A DNA stretch of 64,000 nucleotides from Vicugna vicugna (lineage: Eukaryota). Under the pieces are notes generated by a model. It saw nothing but the letters and a program-made list of their open reading frames with translations, was not told the DNA's origin and did no database searches. Shown here piece by piece: positions 11,718-23,490 of this stretch. The stretch's first letter is position 1, and the number at the start of each line of letters is the position of its first letter. The stretch is from the NCBI GenBank assembly GCA_013265495.1, contig MU057991.1:186001-250000 (forward strand). Reading direction: 5' to 3'. A program made the position numbers and the translations under genes.

Positions 11718-14700
11718 GCAGGAGGAACCCCCTGCTTCCTTGGGGGCCGGCAGCTGGCAAGGGAGTCTCTTGGGCGGGGTGCGGGTGGGGGCTCCCGGTT
11801 AGACGCCGGCGGCCGTGTGGGCGGCACCGTCGGGGAGGAGGTGCCGGGGGCAAGGAGCAGGCCCGCAGGGCGGCAGGAAGGGGGCAGCTGTGAACCGTGT
11901 CTGGCAGTTGGAGTTCAGCTGTCTGGCCAGCAGTGAGCGCCCTGTCCCCAGAGGCGTTCTGGCAGGAGGGTGACGGTACAGACGTGACAGCAGGTCTCCC
12001 CAGCCAGTCGGATGCGGAGAGAGAGGAGAGAGTTTATCACAGGGATGGGCCCGTGAGGTCGCGGAGGCAGGGCAGTCCCGCGGCCTGCTGTCCGTGGTGA
12101 GAGGACAGAGGTGCCAGGGTGTACGTGTTCCACTTCGAGTCCAGAGGTCCGAGGAGCAGAGCCCTGCTGTCCGGGGGCGGGGGGAGCTGGACACCCAGCT
12201 CAGGCAGAGCGCGAATGCACCCTCCTCTGCCTTGTCCTTCTGTTCAGGCCCCAGGGGACTGGGGGACACCCGCCCACCGAGGGCGGCTTCTTCCCTCCGC
12301 CTAGCGGCTCAGAGACTGACTCTCCTTACGCACCTGCTGGGACGCAGCCGCAGTGACGCTCACCAGCCCTCTGGGCGCCCCGTGGCCCTGGCGAGCTGAC
12401 ACCAACCAGCAGCCCCTCCCCGCGTGCTCGGCCCGGGCCTGGCGCCCCGTAGGTGCTCCGCACAGCTGAACACCCTGCAGACGCTGCGGTACCGACGTCC
12501 GGCAGTCCCTGGTCCCACTGGGGCCCCAGGACAGCCGCTGCTGGGCTGTCCTCTCCGTGGGAGAGAGGCAGGGCGGGGCAGGGGCGTGTGCCACCTGCGG
12601 TGGGGACAGAGGCAGTGGCCGCACCGATGAACACGACTGCTCACCTCTAGTTCAGTAAGCCTGTAAAAGACTGACGCTGGCTAAGCGTCACTTGCCCCTT
12701 TGTGTGCAACAGCTTCACTGAGATGTGACTCACAGGGAACCCCGGCAGTTCTCGGAGTCGTGCAGCCATCCCCAGTCAGTTGTAGTGTATTTTTCCTGCC
12801 CCCCCAAGACCTCATGTCCGTTTGTAGTCAGTCCCCATTTCTAGCCGCACCCCCCAGCCCTGAGCCACCTCTAATCTGCTTTCTGTCCCTGAGGACTTGC
12901 CTGTTTCTTTCATTCTTCAGCCTGTCGTCTTCAGTTAGTGCCCGTTCTGCACAGACTGGCCCCCTGTGTGTGGCCAGTGGGAGCCCCGAGCCAGGCCTTG
13001 GCGGGAGAGTCCCCGATTCTGAGGGGCCCGGGCCCGGCGCTGTCCTCGCTTCATACGTGGATTCTGGATTCCGGGAGGGCAGGGGGCTGCTGAGATCTGA
13101 GCGTCTGGCTTGCTCTCCATGGGCGGGGGCGCCTGGGGGGTGTCTGTGCCGTGTGGGGCGCAGGCGGGGCCTCTAGGGAGGGTGCACGGGTGAGGGCATC
13201 TGGTCCTGACCCAGCCCCTGCTCGGGGCCCCTGGGCTGCTGCCCTCATCAGTGCCAGGGCCAGACCACACCCCGTGAGTGTGTCCACACGATGCCCGGCC
13301 AGGCTGCTCGGGGAGCCTGGGCCTCTCCGGGCCTCCTGGAGGCTGAGACGTGACCGAGGGAGGGTGAGGGGCTGCTGCTGGGGAAAGGGGACATGGCGTA
13401 CGGCAGAGGAGGAGCTTTGCAGAGACCCCCAAGCGGGAAGGGTGGCCCGGAGACCGCCGAGGAGTCCGGGGCCTCCCTTCTCTCTGGGCCGGGCTGACCG
13501 CCAGCCCCGGGGCCAGGAGGGCAGGATCCCATCCCTGTCTGGGAGGCGGCCTAGCAGTGGAGTGTGAGGGGGCAGGGGGCAGGGCTCCCACAGTGACGGG
13601 AGCCACCAGGAGGGCGCCTTGGGCGTGGTTGGCCTCTGGGCGGGGGGTGGAGGTGGGAGAGGTCTCAGGCGTGGAGCAGAGGGCAGAGGGCACGCTCCAG
13701 ACGGGTGAGGTCAAGGGAGCGGATGAGCATCTGAAAGGTGGTGCGGGTGTAGGACGACCTCAGGCTGTGTGTTACCCAGGGCACCACATGGAGGGTCCTC
13801 ACCCCAGACCTCGGGGGCCGGGGGGCAGTCTGCACAACTCGGGACAAGGGGGGCCACCAGGCAGGATTCATGACCGTCGGCCGAGGGACACGGCCAGCCT
13901 GCAGTGCCCAGGCTGCGAGGGACCTGGCCACGCTCTCCCCCTCCCTCCCGCTCGTGCTGGTGCTGCTGCCTGGCCGAGCCCAGCCAGAAGCAGGCGGCAG
14001 GAGAACCTGCAGGGAGCGTCCCCTGGATGGTCCCGCGGTCGGAGCAGACCCCAGCGGGAGAGACCGGCACACGCCGGCCGGGTCCTGGAAGGGGACTTTG
14101 GCCACTGCAGTTTGCCGCAGCCACGCCAGGTGAGGGAGGACAGCCTGTCTGTGGTGAGCTGTGCCTCTGCACTTGGTCTTGTCCGGCTCTGGCCGGCCCC
14201 ACCGTGAGGTGAGCTTTCCGGGGAGCTCAGGGCCACAGGGACCCGCTGGGTCGCAGGGGAAGGGCTGCTGACGCTGCACACACTGACCTAGTTTTCCAAG
14301 GATGTGCAACAGCAAACGCCTCTTCCCTGTAAACACTGCAAGACAAGAACATTTCTAGACTTGGCCCGTTCGCCTCCCCGGATTCTTAAGCCCACCAGGC
14401 AGGCATCCGAGTGCCCGGGCAGCCGCCGAGTTGCCAGACCAGAGCCTCGGTGGGTTAATTATTTATTGAGACCTGGCTGGTCCTGCGGCCCTGAGTGAGC
14501 ACACGCGCTTCCCTCCCGATGGCGCCTTCAGCCTCTTCATCTGTAACTATCGGAATGCTTTTTGCTGCGATGATTTTTCCTCTGAATTCAGTGCATAATC
14601 ATGAGGGCTGTTACTCTTTTGATTGTATTAGGACGGGTTCTTTCTCTACAGGTGATGTTTGTTCTCAGGGTAATTCTCTGCTGTGCAGCTGCCATTCCGG

Positions 14701-17443
14701 GGGCGCTGGGAGGGAGGGCCGGCACGGATGGGGCGTTCCCCGTGGTTGGGCCGAGCCGAGGCTGCTGCGCCTCCTTCTCCAGCCGCTTCCCTTCGCGAGC
14801 TTCCTTTGGCCACGCGCGCGCCGGTAAAGTCATCCTCAGGGCCGTGGGACGTGCGCGCCACCCTGCCCGTGGCCCTGACTGCACGTCCGAAGGGCCGTGT
14901 GTGGACTTCATGCTGTTGTCTGTTCCCGGCCCTGGCGTCTCCTCTGGGCCGCTGGGGCGGGTGCATCTCCGCAGACACCCCCCCCGCCACCCCCCGGGGA
15001 CGGTGCTTCGGGCTGAGTCACAGCGGTTCCGCGGCGCAGGGCCAGGGGAAGGGCCGCAGACCAAAACGTCGGCGAACGTTCCCCACTCGAGGGAAACCAC
15101 ACGTGATTATGCAGGAAGAGAGCTACTCTGACGGCCCGTAAATCTGTCACAGTTGTAAATAAATTGAAATAAACTGAAACAAATGTAAAAAGACAATTGA
15201 AAGAAATAAACCAAGAGCCAATGCTTTTGATCACAAAGGGATCCACCAAGATTTTTTTAAGTTGAATCATATCCAGTTACACCAAATGCATTAAAATATC
15301 ACGACCATTATCATTTTCGAGGAAAAAAATATTTGTGCCACTAACAAATAAAACAAAACCTGCTATTTTAAAAACCTTGTTTCCTTTCTCTTTCTCTCAT
15401 CCTTCGATAAAACCACCTTGTGTGTTTGTCAGGGCACACGTGTCACAGGAAGACAATGGCACATGGCTTAGGAGCCGCCCCCGGCCCCTCCCAAGGCCTG
15501 GCTTCCCACACGGCTGTGTCCCCGGCTGCGACCTCGGCCCCGTCCCCGGCCACGTCTCCTCCTGTCTGCAGGGCCCACGGTCACCGGCGCCGGGCCCTGG
15601 GGCTGCTGGCGCCCTCCTCGGCCCTCAGCCGCCGCCGGCCCACCCGCTGCGAGGAACAGGATGCAGCCCACCCTGCGTCGGTCTCCATGGTGACGGATGC
15701 CCCCCGTGCCCGCCCGCGTTGGTATCCCCGAGGACGTGCTGGGGGCGGCCTGGGGCCCCTCACGTCCTCCCTCGGGGACCCTCAGCTGCTCGCTCTTCAC
15801 TCGCAGGATCAGGACGGGCTCCGGCAGCAGGACGCCGACCAGCTCGACCGCTCTTATGACAGCAATCGGCGACACCCCTCACGTGTCACAAGGTGTCGTG
15901 CCCCCTCCTCGCCCCGTGACACGTAGGGACGGCGCCTCTGTGAACGGGCGTCTGACACCAATTCACGGAGGGGATGCGCGCGGGTTCACGGCCACGAGGT
16001 GGGACCCAAACCAGGTGTGCCGGCCTCCACGTGGGGGTGGGGGTGGGTACCCGGGCTGCCGGCCAGCAACATGGCATCACGGTGACATTGTCACCGCACT
16101 CAGGAGCGTGCTGTCCCCGTAAGGCTGGCACACGCTTACGGATGTTCCCGAAACGGAGCTCGGTCCCCGGCTCCGATCGGGCGCTGGGTGTGGAAGCCAG
16201 GGAGGGCCATGGGCGGCCATCACCCCTGGGGGCCAGCGTCCGACCCGGGGCTGCCCTCAGCGGCTGTCAGCAGCTCCCCTGCGGCTGTCACTGCGGCCAC
16301 TGGGTGGGGCTGTCACCGCTGGTTTCCTTAGTCCCTGCCAGGCCCTGAGCGAGGAGGCCAGCCAGCCGGGACCCAGGCTGCACCTGCCTCTGCTCTGCCT
16401 TGTCCCCCTGCTCAGACCTGCCGGCCTCCGTCCTCTGCCCCAGGAGGTCGGTGCCCAGCTGAGCGACCCTGGGGCTGGGCCTCCCGCCACCAAGTCCCCT
16501 GCAGCGTTCCGCGTGTCTCTGTGCCCCGAGAGACAAGGAGAATCCAGAGCACGTCGGAGCTCACAGAGGGGCCACCGCGTGGCTCCCGGCGTTGCCGGTG
16601 GGCCTGGTGTGCCCTGGAGGCACGCCGGAGGTGTGGGGGCCCCGTGTGCCCTGGGAGTGGGCCCGCGCCCCAGGAAGGGCTGCTTCAGGCATCGGGTCCC
16701 CAGAACATGGCTGGGTAGACCCCGGAAATGGGGGCTGGCCCCTCGCTGTCTTTGGAAAGTTCCAGCTGATCGGGGTGACGATTCATCCAGAAGTTGGTGG
16801 GTTCTCTGGGCCCCTAACGTTGATCCGGTCACTCTGCCTGGTGGGGGCTCGGAGATGGGCGCAGTTGGCGGTGAGTTTGGATAATTGGAAAGAAACGTGT
16901 TAAAGGCGTAATGACCCAGAAGCCGTATTAAAGACGGTGAGTCAGACATTACTCAGGACTGTCGTGCAGGTGCAGGGACCCCTGCGGTGGGGTTTCGCGG
17001 TTGGGGAGAGCGACGAGGCTCGACCCCAGATAAGCAAGGGCAAGTGAGCGTTCACAGCCCAGGGCAGAGGTGGGGCGGTGGATGCAGAGCTGCTAAGAGG
17101 AGGCGCCAGGGGTGAGGGCTTCTGAGCTGACGGAACAGGACTCACGCTGAGGACAGGCCGGGGTGACCGGACGGCACCTGGGTGGCAGCTGAGGGACCCG
17201 GTCAGATGTCTGGGGTGATGGGTGTCAGGGAGGGGGGGTGTCCAGGCGAACTGGCTCAGCAGGCTTCTTGCTACAACTAGACAACGTGGAAATGAACAGG
17301 GATGCCCCGAAGTCAGGGCCCAGCTGGGAAGAGGGTCCAGGCTTTGGACCAGGGGAGGATCTTGCCAGGGGGCGGGTTGTCGAGTGAGTGAAGGCAGCTG
17401 GGTGGGTGGGCGCGTGGCTGCTGGGGGATCCCGCCCTCCCCGG

Positions 17444-17557
17444 GCAGAGGGGGAGCAGGACAACGTGGAGACGGTGAAGCTGGACAAGGGGGTCGTCTTC
17501 AACCTCCTGCCGGCCCCCATCGCCCAGCACCTCCTCACGTCCAGCCCCCGGAACGCG
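17444..17557 (+). pseudogene. ADCY1: ADCY1 pseudo-exon 15
   Basis: AEGEQDNVETVKLDKGVVFNLLPAPIAQHLLTSSPRNA (cf. AEEEREDMEKVKLDNRRILFNLLPAHVAQHFLMSNPRNM); acceptor cgg; gtgag donor. Confidence 0.9.
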
Positions 17558-18546
17558 GTGAGCATGCGGCCTGCGTGGCAGCGGCTCCCCGGGCACCGAG
17601 ACCCAGCGGGTGCTCCCCCAAGCCGAGCTGGCCTGCTGGGGGCTGCAGGGTGGCAGCTGGAGGTCTGACCAAGAGGGACCCCCCGCCGGCCGCCTAAAAT
17701 CACAAAGGGTGGCCATTTCGACGCCCTCAGCTGCACCAAGGATGGGAGGCCCTCTCTGCCCACCCCCAAGGGCAGGGCAGAGGCTGGGCCATCAGGAGGC
17801 CCCTGGGTGCAGGATGGACAGGTGCCCAGAACTGCTGCGTCCTCCCCTTTGATCCTGGAAGAGAGTGTAGCATTCACCGTCCCGACGAGGCGGGAGATCT
17901 GGCTTCAGGAACCCACACTCCAGGGGGAAAGGGCGATTCACAGCCCGCGTGTTCTGGGTGGCGCCCCCTCCTGGCTGAGTTTGTGTGGACGGCCTGGCCC
18001 TTCCTGCCCGGCCCTGCCCGCCTGGCCCTGCCCGCCAGGCTGCAGGGCTGGTGGTTCATTCTGTCCTCCGTGCTCAGTGCGATCGGGGCCATGGCCTGGA
18101 GGGGAAGCTCTAAAACCAGCCCAGCCGCCCAGCACAGGGCTTGGAAAAGCCGACTCAAATATAAAGGGGCTCAGGTTGGGGTTTTAGGTCCCAAACACAC
18201 AAACCCCAAGACTCCTCTTGACCAGCTCTGGCCTGACGTAGCTCCCGGGCTCATCTCTCATCCTGCTGGGCCTGGCGGTGTCTGGAGCGGTTTGTCTTCC
18301 CACAACAGTGCGTCCCTCCCTGGTGCCTCCCCCCTCATGGGGGGCTCTGCTCTCACCCGTGAGCTGGACGACCTCGCGGCGTCCTGGGTGCTCCGAGCCC
18401 CCTCTCGGTGTGGCGCGGGGTCCCAGCACGTCCTTGCAGCCCTGGCAAGGGTTCCCGGGGGGGGGAAGCTGTCTGCAGCAGCAGCCCTGAATGCTGCTCT
18501 GGTCACCGCTTCGGCGCTGGTGGCTGACCTGACCTCTGCCCCCCAG

Positions 18547-18676
18547 GACCTCGACTGGCATTCCTGCTTGCAGGTGGGGGTCATGCTGGCCTCCAGCCCC
18601 AACTTGAGCTGATGACAACGACGTGGGGGTGGAGTGTCTGCGCTCCCGAAACGAGATCATCGCCGACTTGGATGGG
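18547..18676 (+). pseudogene. ADCY1: ADCY1 pseudo-exon 16
   Basis: DLDWHSCLQVGVMLASSPN / DDNDVGVECLRSRNEIIADLDG (cf. [41 protein letters not shown]); about 17 nt missing, TGA at 18610-18612. Confidence 0.92.
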
Positions 18677-19274
18677 GTAAGGGCCGCCCCACTGCCCTGA
18701 CTCCCTGGGGCCTGAGGGCGCCTGGCAGTGCAGCCCCCAGTGGCTGTGATTGTGCCTGCTCTCTGCGGATGGCAGGGGGTGGGGCACATGCACTGTGTCT
18801 CCTTGGGAGTCCCAGCCGACCTTGGCCTTTGAGGAAGGGGCTTTCCCTGGGGTTGGGGAGGATGGGTGCTGGGCTGGGAGGCAGGATGCTAGCGCCTGTG
18901 GCCTACCTAGGAAATGCTGGGCTCAGGTGGGTGGCCTCACCTAGAGGATGGATGGCGGGCCCCTCTGTACCCTCCACCCCGAGTCCCGTGTCTGTACGGG
19001 TCTCCCTCCCTCGCTGGGTGGTTGTGGGCTCAGGTGTGAGAGACGGTGTGTTGTGCATGTCTCCCCTCCCAGCTCCTCTTTTAAATGCCTTTGCAGGCGC
19101 CCCTGAGGCTGGGTTCCTCAGTTCAGCCCCAGAACTTGTCCTGTAGCCAAATGAGGAGGACACATTGCTTCCCAGCACGTGCCCATCTGCTCCGCAGTGG
19201 CTCCTGGTGGCTGTACAGGGCAGTGACTTGTCTAAAATGTCATGTAATGTTTCACGTTTGCATTTCAAACAAGG

Positions 19275-19373
19275 CTCATAGACACAGACCTTTACAAGGA
19301 CCTGGAGAAGTTCAACACCGTTGGGAGGACCTACGAGGCTGCCGTGGGGCTGGCGGCCACGGCGGGGACCCAG
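19275..19373 (+). pseudogene. ADCY1: ADCY1 pseudo-exon 17
   Basis: LIDTDLYKDLEKFNTVGRTYEAAVGLAATAGTQ (cf. LMEKDFYKDIEKIKTIGSTYMAAVGLAPTSGTK); KIKTIG motif destroyed; AG displaced by 1 nt; gtgagt donor. Confidence 0.92.
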
Positions 19374-19853
19374 GTGAGTGCTGGCCGGCTGTCCAGGTGT
19401 GCCCCGCTCAGGACTGGGTCCCAGCTCTGCCCCCAACTGATCAAGGGGCCTGCTGGCTGCACTGAGGCCAGCAAGCTCTCAGCCCTGCTCGTTCCCACTC
19501 ATTTCCCCGAGCTTCGGGGCCTGGACTCCAGCTCTCTTACTGAACATTTAGGGCCTTCCCCACGGCCGTCCCCCACCTCCCCCTTCACAGCACAGATGGA
19601 GCCTCAGGGGACAGATCCCTGGCCCTGGGTGGGGGCACAGCCCTCCCCGCTGCTGGGGACCTTCACTCAGGAGAACGGGCCTCCCCCAGGGACGGGGTCC
19701 CCCTCACTCGGCCCAGACCTGCCCTCGTGCACAGAAGGGGTCCTGGCCTGGCCCTGCGCCGACCCCCTGGGTGTCCTGGGGGCCAGGCGGGGGCCGAGTG
19801 GCCCAGCTCCAGGCTGGGATCGGCCCTGCCCCCTCCCCCGGTGCCTGGACAAG

Positions 19854-19861
19854 TGACATCA
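19854..19861 (+). promoter_or_regulatory. CRE-like element TGACATCA upstream of the candidate ORF
   Basis: One mismatch from TGACGTCA; about 70 nt upstream of the first ATG. Confidence 0.35.
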
Positions 19862-20048
19862 CGAACTCCAGAGCCCAGCTGGGGGAACCATTTCCTAGAA
19901 CCCGGCTGGCCTCCCCTCCCCCGCCCAACAGATGGTCGTCAGGGACCTGTTTACCTGGAGACGGAACGCCCCGCAGGGTTCCGAGCGGCCAGTGGTGACA
20001 CAGAGGACCCTGGCCTCAGAGGCAGAGAGCTGTGGGGCCCTGGCAGCC

Positions 20049-20597
20049 ATGGGGGGCCTGCTCCCTGCCCCCTGGGCCCCGTCCCCCCGGATGCTGGAGC
20101 GCCTGGGGGGCGCCCTGCTGCTGCTCTGGGAGAGCCTGACCCCGGTGCTTCCCTGGGGGGCCCTGGTGTGCGTGGCAGGGCTGCTGTTCCTAATACACAG
20201 ATGGTCCTCCTCCCACAGCGGGGAGACCCCAGGCGAGGGGCGCTCTCCCGACGACGGGGACGCCGTGCCAGGGGCTGAGGGTGCCGGGGACCCCGCGGGA
20301 AAGGCTGGCGGGAGCCCGGCGCCCCCGCCCCCCCAGGGGCGCCGGGAGCCCTCCGGCCCCCGAGCACCAGCGCGCCCCGGGGAGCAGCCTATGTGTCCAC
20401 GATGCCGGGAGCTGCTGGCCCAGTACGTCGCCACATGGAGGCAGCGAGTCACAGAGAAGGAGGAGGAGAAAGCAAGGCTGCTGGAGGCGATCGCCAGGAG
20501 GGAGCGGGCCCTGCAGGACACAGTCACCCACCTGGAGGCCCTGGCTGCGCACCTGCTGAGCGCCCCCCGCCGGCCCCCCGCTCTGACCCGGGTCTGA
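20049..20597 (+). CDS. Candidate intronless gene: 182-aa membrane-anchored coiled-coil protein (221 aa if the ATG at 19932 is used)
   Basis: gcagccATGG Kozak; hydrophobic segment LGGALLLLWESLTPVLPWGALVCVAGLLFLI; Pro/Gly linker; CPRC; charged heptad helix RQRVTEKEEEKARLLEAIARRERALQDTVTHLEAL; downstream ATTAAA. Confidence 0.55.
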   Translation: MGGLLPAPWAPSPRMLERLGGALLLLWESLTPVLPWGALVCVAGLLFLIHRWSSSHSGETPGEGRSPDDGDAVPGAEGAGDPAGKAGGSPAPPPPQGRREPSGPRAPARPGEQPMCPRCRELLAQYVATWRQRVTEKEEEKARLLEAIARRERALQDTVTHLEALAAHLLSAPRRPPALTRV

Positions 20598-20822
20598 GCC
20601 CTGCAACCACCGCACCCCGTCCGTGTGGGTGTCCAGGGGGTGCGCGACCATCCAGCGCTCCCTCGTTTGTCCTGGTGGTGCCTCGAGGCCACAGTGTCTC
20701 CTGGGAGTGGGGCGTTGTCCCTCGCCGGGAGAGTGTTTAAATGTCCATGTTTTCTCTAAAGTTCCCACTTCCTCCATTGAAACCCTTAGGAATGTAGCGT
20801 ATAGTGTTGTATTTGGGTGGAG

Positions 20823-20828
20823 ATTAAA
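20823..20828 (+). terminator. Poly(A) signal ATTAAA for the candidate ORF
   Basis: Ends an AT-richer ~225-nt 3' UTR-like stretch; followed by GT-rich sequence. Confidence 0.45.
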
Positions 20829-23119
20829 TGCCCCTGTGACCTGAAGCATCCTCTCAGTGTGTCCTGCTAGAGATGTGTGAGACGATGGGAATTCTCTGCA
20901 CATCAGGCCGCTGTTGACAACGTGGAGGTAACTGCTGGGTATTGACCTGAGCAAATTTGGGGTCATTTCAAAACCTAAACAAAAAACCCCCCAAAACAAA
21001 AGACATCATTAAAAAAGGGGAAAAAAGAAACTGGACAAAAAGAAAAACTTAAGCAAGAGGATCCCATTCTAACTACGTATTATTTCTATTAGCTTAGTCT
21101 TAATTTATAGTTTGTCCCAAGTTCATAACAGTTCTGTACTAAATTCATAGATTAGAAAAGTTTGAGTTTTTGCAACCACTGTTTGCTGTGTTGTCATTTC
21201 TTGTTCACCTCCCTTGTCTTGTTTCAGATGGTTTGTCATTTAGCATTTCTAAGTGTAACAATTAATACATTTTCTTTTGATTCGAAACACACACACCAAA
21301 GGCTGCAAGCGGGCTGCTGTCCTCACCCCCACCCGGGGCCTGGCAGGAGGAGGGGAGTGGGGTCCTCTGAGCCGGGGAGGGGTCTCTCAGGGGTTTGCGT
21401 GGAGCCCTGGGTGCTGGCCCGGGGTGGGGGTCATCACAGAGATGGAGGAGGAGGACCGAGGGGCTGTGCTGGGCAACTGCGGGGTCAGGAAGAGGACTGA
21501 GAAGACGCAGAACCTTCTGGTGACCCTGCCGCCCTCGGGCACTGAGTGAACCCTGGTGACAGCTCTGCAGGAGAGCCCTGCGGAATCTTTGAGAATAGGA
21601 GGGTGACCTCTGGGAAAGCTGCTTCCCTGAGGAGCCGGGTGTGGAGTCAGACACGTGTATCTGGACTCCACGTGGTTCCTCCCCCTGAATCCTGGGGTCC
21701 CACCTCCCAGCTGCTCCCCCAGCAGGGACTCCCTGGGCAGAGGGAGGGGCTGGGGCGCAGGGGGAGGATTCCCGCGTGTGATGCACTTGCCCCCTGAGCA
21801 GAGCCACTCGGAGGTTCCCCGTGGGGACGCGAGGTGAACTAGGTTTCCTCCAGTGAGTGCACATCCGTGGGAGGAGCAGACTCGGGGACGCAGGTGCCCA
21901 CCAGTGTGGTCTGGACACGCCCTGCCGGGCCCTGCGTGGCTCTCCGTCTGTGCCCGCAGCAGACTTGGTGGGCGGGAGGTCAGGGAGGGCTCCCTGGAGG
22001 TGGCGGCCCTGAGGAGGGGTAGGATTTCCCACCAGCGCTCTTCACCCGCTAAGGGGCCCGGGAGCCCCTGGAGAACTTGCTACAGAGCAGATCCTGACGC
22101 CCAGGTTCTTGGCTGGTGTGACCCTCAGTGGTCCAGGAGGTGATTTTCCAAGCCGGGAACAGCTGGATTCACTAGGGTCCTGAGATGATCACGGGGGGAG
22201 GTCATAGGGGCAGGGAAGGCTCTCTGGGGCGCAGCCCAGGCACAGCCTGGACGCGTGTAGGGCCTGGCGGGGCAGAGGGAGGACTTCTGAGGCCCATGGT
22301 GCCATGGTACTGGACCCCAGTCCAGCACGGCCGATGGAAGCCATGGACGTCACACTCTTGTTCTGAGGGCGGGAGGGGCCCTGGGAGCCGGGCCCCGGGC
22401 CAGCCACCTGTCGCCCGTGGCAGACGTCCCATCGCAGAGCCAGCCCAGAGCAGCAGTGGGAGGCTGCAGCGGCCTGGGGACGTCTGGCTGCGTCCCAGCC
22501 CCACTGTATCTTGTCACCCACATCTGAGCCGCATCCCCGCGTCTCTGCCCCAAGCCCGTCCCCCTTCCCACGTCCCTCGCTGCCCCTCAGAGCAGAAATG
22601 CCTTCCCCCAGCTGCTTACACCAGGGCCAGCCTCTGCGGCCAGCGCCGTCTCCGCCCCCGGGCAGCGGGGGCACCGTGTCCACTTAGTGGCTTCTGTGCC
22701 CCGACAGGCGGCGCAAAGCCAGACGCGGGGAGGGACGGCGCGACCCCGCCTGCCCGGGGCTCCCAGGCCGCACCTGCTGGTGCTGAGGCCCGAGGCCGTG
22801 CGTTCAGCTGGGCAGGGCGCTCCGTGCTGGGGATTTAAGGTGAGTGAGGGTGTCCTGTGCTGCCGCCCTGGTGAGGCCACCAAGTGCCCCTCCTCCTCCC
22901 GTCTATGCTGGGGAAGGTCTGGGGGCTGCGGTCACGGGGTGCGTGGATCACAGGGTAGCTCCGCTGCTGATCATCCATGAGCCCTGAGAGGCGGCTCAGC
23001 CCCCGGCTCCCCAGCGTGAGGCCTGCGGTGTCCCAGAGCTGCTGTCTGCGTCCATTCTGTTCCAGGCGGTTTTCAAACACGCCTGCAAGGTCTCACACAC
23101 GCCTCCCATCCAGGGCTGG

Positions 23120-23490
23120 GGTTTCTGTCGTAGGTCAGACGGCTGCAACTACACAACACAGACCGGGGGCTCAGCAGCGCTCATGGTCACAGCTCTGGAG
23201 GCTGGAAGTCTGCGATCGAGGTGCCCGTGTGCTCGGGTCCTGCTGAGAGTCCTCCTCCTTGGCTTGGAGGTGCCACCGTCTTGCTGTGTGTTCACATGAC
23301 AGAGCCAGAGAGAGGGGGGACCAGCTGTCTGGCATCTCATAAGGGCCCTAATCCCACCACGAGGGCCCCACCCTCGCGACCTCGTTTAAATGTAATTATC
23401 CCCCAAAGGCCTCATCTCCAAACATCCTCACGTTGGGATTCAGGGTGTCAACATACGGATTTTGGGGGTGACCCAACTCAGTCCCTGGCA
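23120..23490 (-). mobile_element. MaLR (MLT1-type) LTR
   Basis: cacagctctggaggctggaagtc...aagggccctaatccca...ccccaaaggcctcatctccaaac. Confidence 0.7.

Larger units (their letters stand above)
4509..19373 (+). pseudogene. ADCY1: ADCY1 unprocessed pseudogene, exons 9-17 (5' part outside window; exons 18-20 not found)
   Basis: Nine colinear exons match ADCY1 peptides from the C1b region through the M2 transmembrane domain to the start of C2, with many disabling lesions. Confidence 0.93.

Noticed and set aside
16942..17877. 311-aa minus-strand ORF and many other 100-290-aa ORFs (e.g. 12935-13714, 19895-20692, 29621-30481)
   Set aside because: Low-complexity Pro/Arg/Gly/Ala translations expected in very GC-rich DNA; several are antisense shadows or run through repeats.
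22580..22640. Possible remnant of ADCY1 exon 18 after a cctcag acceptor
   Set aside because: Only a weak ~20-nt resemblance; the ADFAIEMFDVLDEINY-coding part is absent.
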